From Prochlorococcus marinus subsp. pastoris str. CCMP1986 (lineage in GTDB: Bacteria; Cyanobacteriota; Cyanobacteriia; PCC-6307; Cyanobiaceae), in assembly GCF_000011465.1 (NCBI RefSeq), contig NC_005072.1, positions 990,001 to 1,022,000 on the forward strand: DNA of 32,000 nucleotides, given 5' to 3'. A program made the translations under genes and the position numbers. Of this stretch, positions 1 to 9,696 are shown one piece after another (positions within the stretch are counted from its first letter, which is position 1; every line of letters begins with the position of its first letter). Below the pieces are notes generated by a model. That model saw only the letters and a program-made list of their open reading frames with translations. It was not told where the DNA came from and did not search any database.

Positions 1-676
1 AGCGCATAATAATGGGAAATTAGGATTAGCCAATGATTCATATATTTTAATGGGACATTCATTAGGAGCTTTAATAGCTTTTTTGTATGAAGGTGATTTA
101 CCTAAAGATGAATTTGAAAAGAGATGTGATTTAGCTTTAAAAGATTTTGCAATAACAAATTTATCAAAATTACTTCAATGTCAACTAAACGAAATTCCAT
201 TACCCGAAATAATCAATTCAAAGAAAGCAAATGGAATCATAGGATTTAATTCATTTGGAAGCTTAATCTGGCCAAATGAAAAAAATTCTGGGATTGAGAT
301 TCCAGTACTTTTAATTGGAGGGACTTATGATCTTATAACTCCCTTAATAAGTGAGCAATTCAAAGTGTTTTTATCTACGACTAATAATCCCTTAAATAGA
401 TTCTTGATTATTGAGGGATCAAGTCATTTTTCACCAATAAGAATCAATGATAAGTATTCAGAAAATATCGAAAATAATGATATTTTTAAAATCAATAAAT
501 CTTTTATTGGATCTAATCCTTACTCTTTTCAAAATTTATCTTTAAAAGTTATCTTAGAGTTTTTAGAAAATATAAAAAATAATGAAAGCATTAAAGTTAT
601 AAAAAATCAAACTGAAAGCAATCTTGATTTTCATCTTTTAGATAGAAAGACTTTAAAAACAATAATCAAAAATTAG
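1..676 (+). CDS. alpha/beta hydrolase (predicted dienelactone hydrolase/lipase-like), 5'-truncated by window edge
   Basis: The frame is open from nt 2 (AHNNGKLGLANDSYILMGHSLGALIAF) to TAG at 674-676. It has a GHSLG nucleophile elbow and a later IPVLLIGGTYDLITP acid-loop-like segment and GSSHFSP His region. The ATG at 50 is internal. Confidence 0.75.
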   Translation, partial: AHNNGKLGLANDSYILMGHSLGALIAFLYEGDLPKDEFEKRCDLALKDFAITNLSKLLQCQLNEIPLPEIINSKKANGIIGFNSFGSLIWPNEKNSGIEIPVLLIGGTYDLITPLISEQFKVFLSTTNNPLNRFLIIEGSSHFSPIRINDKYSENIENNDIFKINKSFIGSNPYSFQNLSLKVILEFLENIKNNESIKVIKNQTESNLDFHLLDRKTLKTIIKN

Positions 677-1713
677 TATTCAATTCGAGGATCTAATATA
701 GCAATTAAAATATCCACAAAAAGATTTAATGAGACTATTAGTAAAGAGGTGATAATTACAATTCCTTGAACAACAGTATAATCCCGTTGGGAAATAGCTT
801 CATGTAACCTTAAAGCTATCCCTGGCCATGAAAAAGTAACTTCAAAAAGAAGCGCTCCTCCTGCTAAAGAAGCTATTGTTAAGCCAGAAATCGTAACAAT
901 AGGCAAAAGTGCATTAGGTAAAGAGTGATTTAAGATAATTTTCCTTCTTGAAATTCCTCTGCATAAAGCTGCATTTACATAATCACTTTTAAGTGTCTTG
1001 TCTAAATTTATTCTTAAAGATCTACTAAAAATTCCGCTCAAAAGAAACCCAAGAGTTATTGAAGGTAGTGCAAGATGATATAAGCTTTCTCTTAAATAGA
1101 TAAAATTATTATTTAGAAGACTATCTAAAACTAGAAACCCTGTAATTTTAGGTTGGCTATAAGTGATTGGGAACCTCCCACCAATTGGAAAAATTCTTAA
1201 ATATACAGAAAATATTAATTGAGCTAAAATTGCCCCCCAGAAAGGTGGAATCGCATATGAAGAGATTCCTATTACTCTGGATATGTAATCTCCTTTTTTC
1301 CCTTTATTTTTTAAACCAAAAAAACCAAGCGGAAATCCTATAAAGATTGCAAAGATTATTGAAAAGATACCCAGTTCTAAACTCGCTGGTAATGATTTAA
1401 GAATAATATCAAGAACCGGTTCTTGAGTACTTAAAGATTCTCCAAAATTTAAGTGCAAAATATTATTAATGTAAGAAAGATATTGAATAAGAAGAGATTC
1501 ATTTAACCCTAATTTATATCTAAGAATTTCTCTTGAAGCTTCATTAGCTCCAGATCCTAAAATTGCGTCAACTGGGTCTCCTGGTGCAACTCTCAACAAA
1601 ATAAAAACTAATGTAGATATAATCCACAACATCAAAGGTATTAAAGAAATCTTTAATAAAGAATAATTTAAAAGTTTATTAAGATCTCTACTCATTAATG
1701 AATTTGAGATCAC
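673..1713 (-). CDS. dppB: ABC transporter permease, DppB/OppB type
   Basis: 346 aa. N-terminal TM followed by FILLRVAPGDPVD, and the EAA-like loop AALCRGISRRKIILNHSLPNALLPIVTISG typical of peptide/nickel transporter permeases. Confidence 0.85.
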   Translation of the reverse strand: MISNSLMSRDLNKLLNYSLLKISLIPLMLWIISTLVFILLRVAPGDPVDAILGSGANEASREILRYKLGLNESLLIQYLSYINNILHLNFGESLSTQEPVLDIILKSLPASLELGIFSIIFAIFIGFPLGFFGLKNKGKKGDYISRVIGISSYAIPPFWGAILAQLIFSVYLRIFPIGGRFPITYSQPKITGFLVLDSLLNNNFIYLRESLYHLALPSITLGFLLSGIFSRSLRINLDKTLKSDYVNAALCRGISRRKIILNHSLPNALLPIVTISGLTIASLAGGALLFEVTFSWPGIALRLHEAISQRDYTVVQGIVIITSLLIVSLNLFVDILIAILDPRIEY

Positions 1714-3259
1714 TCATTGAAATAATTCCTGCACCATTAAAAATAGGTTTTGAAATTTCATTTTGCGACCAAGCTTTTTGAGATGAAATCCATATTGGAA
1801 TATAAGGTATTGATTCTGAAGCTATTTTCTCTATTTCAATTAATTTCGCTAATCTTTCTTTACCGTTTAAATTTTCGCTATCAAGAAATAAATCTTCTAC
1901 TGTATTCGATCCCCAAAAACTTCCGCTGTAAACTGATTCTCCTTTTATACAGTTTTTACCATCTATTTCACTGCAACTTAGAAGGGGTGTTAAATATGCC
2001 TCGGGATCAGAATAAGCACCTGTCCAATCAAGAATAACCGCTGTATATATTCCTAAAGATAGATTCTTATAAATAGTTGTGGACTCTACTCCGTTGAGTT
2101 TAATGTTAATACATTCATTCAAAATATTTTTTATTTGTTCTTGCCAAGAAAGAGCAATAAGTTTATCAGCAGGTACGTTAGATCGATAAGTAAGAGGGAA
2201 ATCTAAAACATTACCGTTACAGTAACCTTCTTTTTGCAGTAACACTTTTGCTTCTAAGGGATCATATTTTGGCCATAATTCTTTCTTATTTTTTTTATAA
2301 ATTGGTGGAACAAGTGATCTTGAAGGTTGCCTTAATCCATAACTAACCTTTTCGCTAATGAAGTCCCTATTAAGACTTTTAGCTATAGCCAACCTTACAT
2401 TAAGATTATTTAAGGGATAAGAATTTGTTCTTAGACTAATAAAACTTATTTCTGTAGCAGGACTCATTCCTTCTTTAATTTCTTTGTTATTGCTTAATAA
2501 ATTTAAATTATTTCTTTGAATATCATCTATTGAATTTGATAAAAGAACATCAATTTGTTTACTTTTTAGAGCTCCGAAAAGAGAAGAAGAGTTAGAGTAT
2601 CCAATAAAACTTATACCTTCATTATTAGGTTTATCACTCCAATAATTTAAATTTGGATCAATTATTTGAATTTCATTTGAAAATCTCTTCAATATATATT
2701 TACCCGTACCAACAAATTTATCATTTAAAAATTTATCAGAATAATCTTTATAATAAGTAGGTGAAATAGGTGTCAAATTTATTGATGTAAGTAAACCATT
2801 AACAGAGCTTGATGGTTTATTTAGATTAATGATTACACTGTATTCACTTGGAGTTTCTATAGATTTTATTTTATTTCCTAAGATATAATTCATTGTTCCG
2901 ATTCTTTTAAATCTATCAAAAGAAAACTTTATAGCATTTGAATTAAATAAAGTTCCATCATGAAAAAGAACATTTTTTTTAAGATTAATTATTATTTGTA
3001 ATTTATCCTTTGAAAAAATTGGCATTCCTGCTGCTAATTCAGGAATCAATTCTCCTTCAGAATTTAATTCATATAAAGTATCACCAAGCGAACTTAATAA
3101 TTGTAGTGATTTAAGAGTACTTGCCCTAGCAGGATCTAAGGATTCAATTTTACCTGAACTTGCAACTATAATTCTTTTTGATTTAATATTAGAAACGCAA
3201 GAATATTGTGATAAAGAAATTAAAAAAACGAATAAAGCTATTAAAAAATTATTATGCAT
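1688..3259 (-). CDS. ABC transporter extracellular solute-binding protein, family 5 (oligopeptide type), lipoprotein
   Basis: 523 aa. Signal peptide with lipobox-like LSQYSC. DPARASTLKSLQLLSSLGDTLYE and the family-5 SBP fold pattern (NVLFHDGTLFNSNAIKFSFDR). Overlaps the permease start by 26 nt. Confidence 0.85.
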   Translation of the reverse strand: MHNNFLIALFVFLISLSQYSCVSNIKSKRIIVASSGKIESLDPARASTLKSLQLLSSLGDTLYELNSEGELIPELAAGMPIFSKDKLQIIINLKKNVLFHDGTLFNSNAIKFSFDRFKRIGTMNYILGNKIKSIETPSEYSVIINLNKPSSSVNGLLTSINLTPISPTYYKDYSDKFLNDKFVGTGKYILKRFSNEIQIIDPNLNYWSDKPNNEGISFIGYSNSSSLFGALKSKQIDVLLSNSIDDIQRNNLNLLSNNKEIKEGMSPATEISFISLRTNSYPLNNLNVRLAIAKSLNRDFISEKVSYGLRQPSRSLVPPIYKKNKKELWPKYDPLEAKVLLQKEGYCNGNVLDFPLTYRSNVPADKLIALSWQEQIKNILNECINIKLNGVESTTIYKNLSLGIYTAVILDWTGAYSDPEAYLTPLLSCSEIDGKNCIKGESVYSGSFWGSNTVEDLFLDSENLNGKERLAKLIEIEKIASESIPYIPIWISSQKAWSQNEISKPIFNGAGIISMSDLKFINE

Positions 3260-3280
3260 AACATTTGATTTTTCAGAAAT

Positions 3281-3541
3281 TTACTTTTCATTAAAAGTAT
3301 CAGAGCAATAGGTTTGTAGTGTAATTTGATTAAGTTCCAAGGAGAATGTCTTATTAACTTCTAAAGCGAAGGGCCACTCTCTTATCCAACAAACTTTACT
3401 CTGTGGATTAATTCCTACAACCTGAAATGTCTTTTGACTATTTTTAATTTTCACACACGCTCCTTTATAGAGGTTTTTACAGCTGTTATTAGCATCAAAT
3501 TTAAAATTATTTTTAATTTCTACTAATTTTGAAAAACTCAT
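3281..3541 (-). CDS. small conserved hypothetical protein (86 aa)
   Basis: ORF of 86 aa with four Cys residues (CKNLYKGAC..VCW..YC), in line with the minus-strand gene run. No family recognised. Confidence 0.6.
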   Translation of the reverse strand: MSFSKLVEIKNNFKFDANNSCKNLYKGACVKIKNSQKTFQVVGINPQSKVCWIREWPFALEVNKTFSLELNQITLQTYCSDTFNEK

Positions 3542-3603
3542 TACATAAATACATTTCCTCTCTTTGGTTTAACAAGCTAAAGAGAGATATGCAAATGTTT
3601 TTT

Positions 3604-4905
3604 TCAAATACAACTTAATTGGCTAGCAATTAATTCAACTTCAGAAAGAGCATTTATTTCCTTCTTTGATTTTTCAAACTTACCATTTGAGACTTCATGT
3701 GTGATAACAACTATTTCTGCTTTATTTTGACTTGCATCTAATTGGACAATTGATTCTATTGATACATCATTCTTACCAAAGATATCTCCGATCTTACCAA
3801 TCACTCCTGGACTATCTAAACAAATAATTCTGAGATAATTCTTTTTTGATATTTGATTAGATTCAATAATATGACAGTCTCTCCAAAAATTAAAAGATAA
3901 TAATGGATCAATGGATTTCGTATCCTTTGTTAATGAAGACTGAAGATTTAAAATATCAGAAACAACAGAAGCAGCGGTTGGTCCACTTCCCGCTCCTGGT
4001 CCGTACAACATTATTTCCCCTAGAGGATCAGCATCTATAAGGATGGCATTATTCACACCATCAACCGTTGCCAAAGGATGAGATTTGGGGATTAGAGAAG
4101 GACCTACCCAAATATTTAGGGAAAGAGAATCATTAATGTTGATAGCATTTCTCTCAGAAAAGGCTAAAAGTTTAATTTCAAAACCTAGTTTATTTGCATA
4201 TTCAATATCTTTAATATCTATTTGATTTATACCTTCTGTACTAATTGAAACTCTATTAATTTTACCTCCAAATGCCAGTTCAGAAAGAATTGAAATTTTA
4301 TCAGCCGCATCGTGTCCTTCAACATCAGCAGTTGGATCAAATTCTGCGAAACCAAGTTTCTGAGCTAATTTTAATGTTGCCTCATAATCAGCTTTTTCAT
4401 TTGACATTTTTGTAAGTATAAAATTTGTTGTACCGTTTATTATCCCAACCATTTTATTTATTTGATTACTTTTAAGAGATCTTTTTAAAGGTTCAATTAT
4501 TGGTATCCCTCCACATACTGCTGCTTCTGTTAAAACATAGACTCCATTCTTAGCAGCTGTGGAATATATTTCATTCCCATATCTTGCAATTACCGCTTTA
4601 TTAGCTGTAACTACTGATTTTCGAGCCTTTAAAGATTTCAGAATAATATCCCTAGCTATATCTGTACCTCCCATTACTTCTACAATCACGTCAACATTTG
4701 GATCTTTAATTAGTTCATAAGGATCATTTATTAATAGATTATTCTCTAATTTAGTATCCCTTTTTTTGTTGATATTTTTAACAGCTATTCCTACAATTTC
4801 TATATCTTTTAAAATTGGATGTAGGTCATTTTTCGATTTTAGGATTTTATAAATACCTTTTCCTACAGTTCCAAAACCAATAATTCCAATTTTACATTTT
4901 TGCAT
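3604..4905 (-). CDS. hom: homoserine dehydrogenase
   Basis: 433 aa. GFGTVGKGIY Rossmann motif, GGTDIARD, GIINGTTNFILTKM and EFDPTADVEGHDAADKISIL, plus a C-terminal ACT domain. Confidence 0.95.
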   Translation of the reverse strand: MQKCKIGIIGFGTVGKGIYKILKSKNDLHPILKDIEIVGIAVKNINKKRDTKLENNLLINDPYELIKDPNVDVIVEVMGGTDIARDIILKSLKARKSVVTANKAVIARYGNEIYSTAAKNGVYVLTEAAVCGGIPIIEPLKRSLKSNQINKMVGIINGTTNFILTKMSNEKADYEATLKLAQKLGFAEFDPTADVEGHDAADKISILSELAFGGKINRVSISTEGINQIDIKDIEYANKLGFEIKLLAFSERNAININDSLSLNIWVGPSLIPKSHPLATVDGVNNAILIDADPLGEIMLYGPGAGSGPTAASVVSDILNLQSSLTKDTKSIDPLLSFNFWRDCHIIESNQISKKNYLRIICLDSPGVIGKIGDIFGKNDVSIESIVQLDASQNKAEIVVITHEVSNGKFEKSKKEINALSEVELIASQLSCI

Positions 4906-4940
4906 TAGTTATCTTTTATTGTAATTTCAATTTTATAATA

Positions 4941-5366
4941 TTATTTCGACAAAAAATCATTTGCCTGAGACTGCATTTTTAAGAGAATATTTAAAAAACC
5001 ATTTGATCTTGATGGGGTTAGGCTTGCCTTTAGACCAGTATCTTCTATAAATTTATTGTTTATATTAACGACTTGTTTTGGCGTTAATTCATTCATTCCA
5101 TTTATAAGGAATGCAAGTAACCCCTTTGTTATCAAAGCATCAGAATAGCCTTCCCAATAAAGTTTACCTTCTTGAAAACTTGCTTTAACAAAGACTTCAG
5201 AAACACATCCTTGAACTTTATTTTCAGGAATTAAGATGCTATTATTTGGAACTTTCAATTTTTTACCTAACCATAAAATAAACTCATATTTTCGTTTAGG
5301 ATCTTCTGCATTTTTCAGTTTTTCTACTAATTTATTTAATTCTGTATAAGTTTCTTTCTTTTCCAT
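4941..5366 (-). CDS. sufE: SufE family cysteine desulfuration protein
   Basis: 141 aa. YEFILWLGKKL, KVQGCVSEVFV with the conserved Cys, and GLKASLTPSRSNGFLNILLKMQ. Confidence 0.92.
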   Translation of the reverse strand: MEKKETYTELNKLVEKLKNAEDPKRKYEFILWLGKKLKVPNNSILIPENKVQGCVSEVFVKASFQEGKLYWEGYSDALITKGLLAFLINGMNELTPKQVVNINNKFIEDTGLKASLTPSRSNGFLNILLKMQSQANDFLSK

Positions 5367-5403
5367 TGTTATAAAACTATTAAATTACTAAATTAGATTT
5401 ACA

Positions 5404-5961
5404 CTAAACTAATATTTCTTTTTCCGTAATAAAACCTGATAGAGGGATATCCCAATCAGCTCTAGTCAGAAATTTATCGCTTACACAATTAGAGGTTAAA
5501 ATACCTATACATGGAATAGATCTCCAATTTTTATCTTCCCTTAATTTATCAAAATATCCTCCACCGTATCCCAATCTTATTAAGTTTCTATCAACTGAAA
5601 GACAAGGAATAAACATCATACTAATTTTTTCATAACTCAATTTATTTGAAGAATAAGGAGCTAGTATCCCATGTAAATCTTTAGATAATGGTTTCTTATC
5701 CCAGGCACAAAATAAGAGATTTTTGTTTTCTTCACATCTCGGCAAAGCTAATAAATATTCATGACCAAGACTTCTTAAATCAACTTCATTTTCAAGAGGC
5801 CAATAAATTCCTATATACTTTTTTTTTAAATCTTTTCTAAAAATTGAATCAACATATGTTTTTACATTGATTTCAACTTTTCTCATATCAAAAGCTGAAC
5901 TTTTATTTCTCAAATTTCTAAAAAATTTCCTTTCGAAATTCTTTTTTTCTGAGATTTTCAT
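5404..5961 (-). CDS. 5-formyltetrahydrofolate cyclo-ligase
   Basis: 185 aa. IGIYWPLENEVDL, IPCLSVDRNLIRLGYGGGYFDKLR signature, and WDIPLSGFITEKEI. Confidence 0.88.
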   Translation of the reverse strand: MKISEKKNFERKFFRNLRNKSSAFDMRKVEINVKTYVDSIFRKDLKKKYIGIYWPLENEVDLRSLGHEYLLALPRCEENKNLLFCAWDKKPLSKDLHGILAPYSSNKLSYEKISMMFIPCLSVDRNLIRLGYGGGYFDKLREDKNWRSIPCIGILTSNCVSDKFLTRADWDIPLSGFITEKEILV

Positions 5962-5970
5962 AATTTATAT

Positions 5971-6444
5971 TTAATTAAATCCTTCTTCATTTAATTTTGT
6001 AAGGGCTATGGCTAGTGCGTCTGCCGAGTCATCAGGTTTTGGTGCACGGGTTAAATTTAGGTTGTACATTACCGCTTCAATAACTTCCTTCTTTGATGCT
6101 TTGCCAGAGCCTGCAATAGTGAGCTTGACTTGAGAAGGGGCGTACTCACTAACTTTAATGCTTTTGAAAGCAAATACCATCATAATAACTCCCCGAGCCT
6201 GAACAACACTAATGGTAGTGCTAGATCTATAAAAGAAAAATTTCTCTACCGCAGCAATATCTGGTTTCCACTGGTCAATCAATGTATTGAGATCATTAAA
6301 AATTTCATAAAGTCTATCTCCTTCCCCTTTATTTTTATTAGTTTCAATTACCCCACAATCAAGAAATATCTTCTTTTCATTTTGAATCTCAATAATGCCA
6401 TATCCAACTCTTCCTAATCCAGGATCAATTCCAATAATCCTCAC
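5971..6444 (-). CDS. ruvC: Holliday junction endonuclease RuvC
   Basis: [26 protein letters not shown] and [11 protein letters not shown] carry the catalytic Asp/Glu/Asp positions. The supplied ORF starts at 6495 inside chlI; a GTG at 6442-6444 (VRIIGIDPG) is the better start, giving 157 aa. Confidence 0.9.
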   Translation of the reverse strand: MRIIGIDPGLGRVGYGIIEIQNEKKIFLDCGVIETNKNKGEGDRLYEIFNDLNTLIDQWKPDIAAVEKFFFYRSSTTISVVQARGVIMMVFAFKSIKVSEYAPSQVKLTIAGSGKASKKEVIEAVMYNLNLTRAPKPDDSADALAIALTKLNEEGFN

Positions 6445-6448
6445 TTTA

Positions 6449-7537
6449 TTATTCTTGTGATGATAATTGAAATTTGGAAAGGTCTTCTTTTTCATTCAAA
6501 TCGAAGACTTTACAGAATGCTTGGATGACTCTTTCTCCTGAATCAACTTGCTCTAAGGGATCTTTTCTTAATCGATGCCTTAAAGAACATGTAATAACTC
6601 TAGCTATATCTTCCTCTTGCACTTCAGTTCTTCCCTCAAATGCAGCAATTGCCCTTGCAGATCGATTAGTTACAATATCCCCCCTTAGTCCATCAACATC
6701 AAGTTCGCCACATATAGCAGATATATTTAATCTTAGATCATCATCCAATTGAACTGAATTTAATATCTCTTGAGCTTTAATAACTTTTTGCTGAAGGTCA
6801 TCTTGCTGTTTCTCAACACTTATCGAGAATTCATCGGGATTATCATCAAATGAAGTTCGCTGATCAACAACTTTAACCCTTAATTCCGCATCTCTTACTG
6901 TCTTAACCTCAACGCTCATACCAAACCTATCTAATAACTGAGGCCTAAGTTCTCCCTCTTCTGGATTGCCAGAGCCAATTAAAACAAATCTTGCAGGATG
7001 TCTAACTGAAACTCCCTCTCTCTCAACTGTATTCCATCCAGATGCGGCGGAATCTAAAAGAACATCAACTAAATGATCGTCGAGTAGATTAACTTCGTCT
7101 ACGTATAACAAGCCTCTATTAGCTTTTGCTAATAAGCCTGGTTCAAAGGCCTTAATTCCTTCGCTTAAAGCCTTTTCTATATCAATAGTTCCGCACAGTC
7201 TGTCTTCTGTTGCCCCCAATGGCAAATCAACCATTGGGACTTGTTTTTTATCTTTCTCCAAACTTTCTCCCTGTACAATTTTCTCTAAAACTTCTTTACT
7301 CTGTAAATCAGGATCTATAAGTGAACTATTATATGGATCATCTTTAACAACATCTATAGCTGGTAACAAGTCTGCTAGAGCTCTTATAGTTGTAGATTTA
7401 CCAGTTCCTCTGTCACCCATAATCATTACTCCTCCAATTCTTGGATCTATAACATTTAACAAAAGAGCTAATTTCATTTCTTCTTGACCAATTACAGCAG
7501 TAAAAGGAAAAACTCTTCTTTTCTTTGTTCTATTCAC
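6449..7537 (-). CDS. chlI: magnesium chelatase ATPase subunit I
   Basis: 362 aa. [26 protein letters not shown] Walker [17 protein letters not shown] Walker B, and [14 protein letters not shown]. Confidence 0.97.
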   Translation of the reverse strand: MNRTKKRRVFPFTAVIGQEEMKLALLLNVIDPRIGGVMIMGDRGTGKSTTIRALADLLPAIDVVKDDPYNSSLIDPDLQSKEVLEKIVQGESLEKDKKQVPMVDLPLGATEDRLCGTIDIEKALSEGIKAFEPGLLAKANRGLLYVDEVNLLDDHLVDVLLDSAASGWNTVEREGVSVRHPARFVLIGSGNPEEGELRPQLLDRFGMSVEVKTVRDAELRVKVVDQRTSFDDNPDEFSISVEKQQDDLQQKVIKAQEILNSVQLDDDLRLNISAICGELDVDGLRGDIVTNRSARAIAAFEGRTEVQEEDIARVITCSLRHRLRKDPLEQVDSGERVIQAFCKVFDLNEKEDLSKFQLSSQE

Positions 7538-7800
7538 AGCTTTAGTTTTACTTTATTTTCGAATGATCAATAGATGATACTTCAGAAAATGTTTTTAGTA
7601 AATATCCAAATTAAATTGAACGTTTTGACTATATTTGAGCTTATTTATATACAAATTTATTTCTTAATCTAATTTAATTTTTTAGAGTTTATTTTTTACC
7701 CTAAAATCTGACGTTTAGAATATGTTTAAAACTACAATCTTAAAGAAAGGTTTAACAAAAAATATCAACTTTTCATCAATTTTTACTTAACTTTATAAAT

Positions 7801-8544
7801 TTACTTGCCTTTTGAATTATTTAAAAACCAGTTAATTTGGTGAACGATTCCTCTCAAGACATTAATATCATGACTTGATGTCTTCGCTTTTAATAAAAAT
7901 TTTTTAAATTTACTGATTTTTGAATTAGCTGTATGTTCCAAAAGATATCCAGTTTTAATAAGCATTTCTTCTATTTCTTTAAAAGATTCATAAATTTGTT
8001 TTGATGACGCAAGGTCTAAAACTTGTAAATCTTTCTTATCATTATTTTTTGAAGATTTATTTAATTCATACAAGATTATTGAAACTGCATGAGAGAGGTT
8101 TAAAGAAGGATAGTTTTGAGAAGTTTTAATATTAAGAATCTTATGTGCAAAAAGTAATTCATTATTACTTAATCCTCTATCCTCTCTTCCAAATAAAATA
8201 CCTAAATTATTAATCTCAACAAAAGATGAAATCCATTTTGATATGTCCTCAGGAGATTCACATTCAATATCATTACTTAAATCAATCCTTCCAAACGTGG
8301 CAATGACCAAATCACAATCAAAAATTGCTTGCTCAATGCTATTAAAAATTTTACAATTATCAATATATCTATATCCTTTAAGAGCCATTTTTTTTGCTTC
8401 TAAGGAAAAAATATCACATTTTGGAGAAACAATCCTTAATTCATTAACATCAAAATTAGAACATAATCTTGCGATACTTCCAACATTTAAAGGTCCATTT
8501 GGTTCGACCAATACAACGTTCAAGTTAAGTCTTTTTTTCTTCAA
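7801..8544 (-). CDS. SpoU/TrmH-family RNA 2'-O-methyltransferase (TrmJ-like)
   Basis: 247 aa. VVLVEPNGPLNVGSIARLCSNF, DLVIATFGR, LGILFGREDRGLSNNEL and LNLSHAVSIILYEL. Confidence 0.85.
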   Translation of the reverse strand: MKKKRLNLNVVLVEPNGPLNVGSIARLCSNFDVNELRIVSPKCDIFSLEAKKMALKGYRYIDNCKIFNSIEQAIFDCDLVIATFGRIDLSNDIECESPEDISKWISSFVEINNLGILFGREDRGLSNNELLFAHKILNIKTSQNYPSLNLSHAVSIILYELNKSSKNNDKKDLQVLDLASSKQIYESFKEIEEMLIKTGYLLEHTANSKISKFKKFLLKAKTSSHDINVLRGIVHQINWFLNNSKGK

Positions 8545-8549
8545 ATTTA

Positions 8550-8954
8550 TTACAAGCTATGTAAATACGTTAATAAATTAGACATGTTTTGAGGATCAAT
8601 TTCAAAACTTGGCATAGGAGGGGTAACTCCCTCAATAACTTGTTTTATGATTTCTGCATCATTTAAACGCATGGTTATTGATTGTAAATCTGGTCCAACT
8701 AATCCTCTAGCAGTAATACCATGGCATCCAACACAATTCATTTTAAAGAGAGTATCTCCTTCTTTAACAGAACCGTTGAGTTCAAGAGTTTTAAGAATAT
8801 ATGTATTATTTTCTTCATGATTAAAATAAAAGAAAGAGCCACTAATTAATAAAATCATACAAACAATAAAAACCCGTTTCCAGATTTTTGTTTTCAAAGT
8901 TTTTTCTGCTGCAGATGATGAAGATGTTGTCACAAAAAAATGTCTCTGTGTCAC
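8550..8954 (-). CDS. cytM: cytochrome cM (c-type cytochrome, membrane-anchored)
   Basis: 134 aa. One TM (VFIVCMILLISGSFFYF), heme motif CVGCH, GLVGPDL, and PPMPSF with a plausible distal Met. An alternative GTG start (VTTSSSSAAEK) lies at 8931-8933. Confidence 0.85.
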   Translation of the reverse strand: MTQRHFFVTTSSSSAAEKTLKTKIWKRVFIVCMILLISGSFFYFNHEENNTYILKTLELNGSVKEGDTLFKMNCVGCHGITARGLVGPDLQSITMRLNDAEIIKQVIEGVTPPMPSFEIDPQNMSNLLTYLHSL

Positions 8955-8988
8955 AATTGTGAATGAGAAATGAAAAAAATGCCAGCAA

Positions 8989-9108
8989 ATGATTGAACCT
9001 CTTTTATGTGGAATAGTTTTAGGATTAGTTCCAATAACCCTTCTAGGATTATTTGTTAGCGCGTGGAATCAATATAGGAGAGGATCAGGAATGTTAGATA
9101 TGGATTAA
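8989..9108 (+). CDS. petG: cytochrome b6-f complex subunit PetG (subunit V)
   Basis: Read directly from the sequence: ATG at 8989-8991 to TAA at 9106-9108 translates as [39 protein letters not shown] (39 aa), a characteristic PetG sequence. It is missing from the supplied track because it is short. Confidence 0.95.
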   Translation: MIEPLLCGIVLGLVPITLLGLFVSAWNQYRRGSGMLDMD

Positions 9109-9681
9109 AAAAGTCAATTTTGATTGACCATAAGTCCTAACATCATAAATATTCCAGAGAATATTCGTCTTAATATCCATATCTAATGAATGTTCGCAGA
9201 TAACAATAGTACCTTTCTTTATAAAATTACAATTAAATATTTGATTTAATACTAATTCATGGTAATTAGCTCTATATGGGGGATCTAAAAAGATAAAGTC
9301 AAATTTTATTTTATTAAAATCATTTGAAGAGAAGATATTCCTCTCAGTATTTGGCTTAGTCCAAATTAATACATCTTTGCAAATAACTTCAATATCATTT
9401 TTTCGATTATCTATATTTTGCAATGAGTGAAGATTTTTTAAACATATTTTTGAATTGTTTTTATTTTTTTCAATTGCAACTATTTTTTTTGCTCCATGAT
9501 TATAGGCTTCACAGGACACAGCACCTGTTCCGCTAAATAAATCTAACCAATTAGAATTTTCTACAGTATTTTTCAAAATATTAAAAATTGCTTCCCTAAC
9601 CATTAAGGTTGTTGGCCTAGTATCAATATTTCTCGAGCTTTCAAGCCTTCGTCCTCCAATTAACCTCAAATTTGTTTTCAT
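9094..9681 (-). CDS. rsmD: 16S rRNA (guanine966-N2)-methyltransferase RsmD
   Basis: 195 aa. [52 protein letters not shown], and [11 protein letters not shown]. Confidence 0.9.
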   Translation of the reverse strand: MKTNLRLIGGRRLESSRNIDTRPTTLMVREAIFNILKNTVENSNWLDLFSGTGAVSCEAYNHGAKKIVAIEKNKNNSKICLKNLHSLQNIDNRKNDIEVICKDVLIWTKPNTERNIFSSNDFNKIKFDFIFLDPPYRANYHELVLNQIFNCNFIKKGTIVICEHSLDMDIKTNILWNIYDVRTYGQSKLTFLIHI

Positions 9682-9696
9682 ATATCACAAATCAAA

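Noticed and set aside
1750-2037. Antisense track ORFs inside longer genes (for example 1750-2037, 6130-6417, 8243-8581, 18490-18714, 20564-20878, 24717-24905, 29050-29268, 31497-31739)
   Set aside because: Each lies opposite a well-supported conserved gene, has low-complexity or non-protein-like composition, and shows no recognisable family motif.
7589-7672. 27-aa ATG-initiated ORF on the plus strand (MFLVNIQIKLNVLTIFELIYIQIYFLI) in the chlI upstream gap
   Set aside because: It is hydrophobic but simply reflects AT-rich codons. It matches no small photosystem or cyt b6f subunit I know (petN, petL, psbM, psbN) and has no clear ribosome-binding site.
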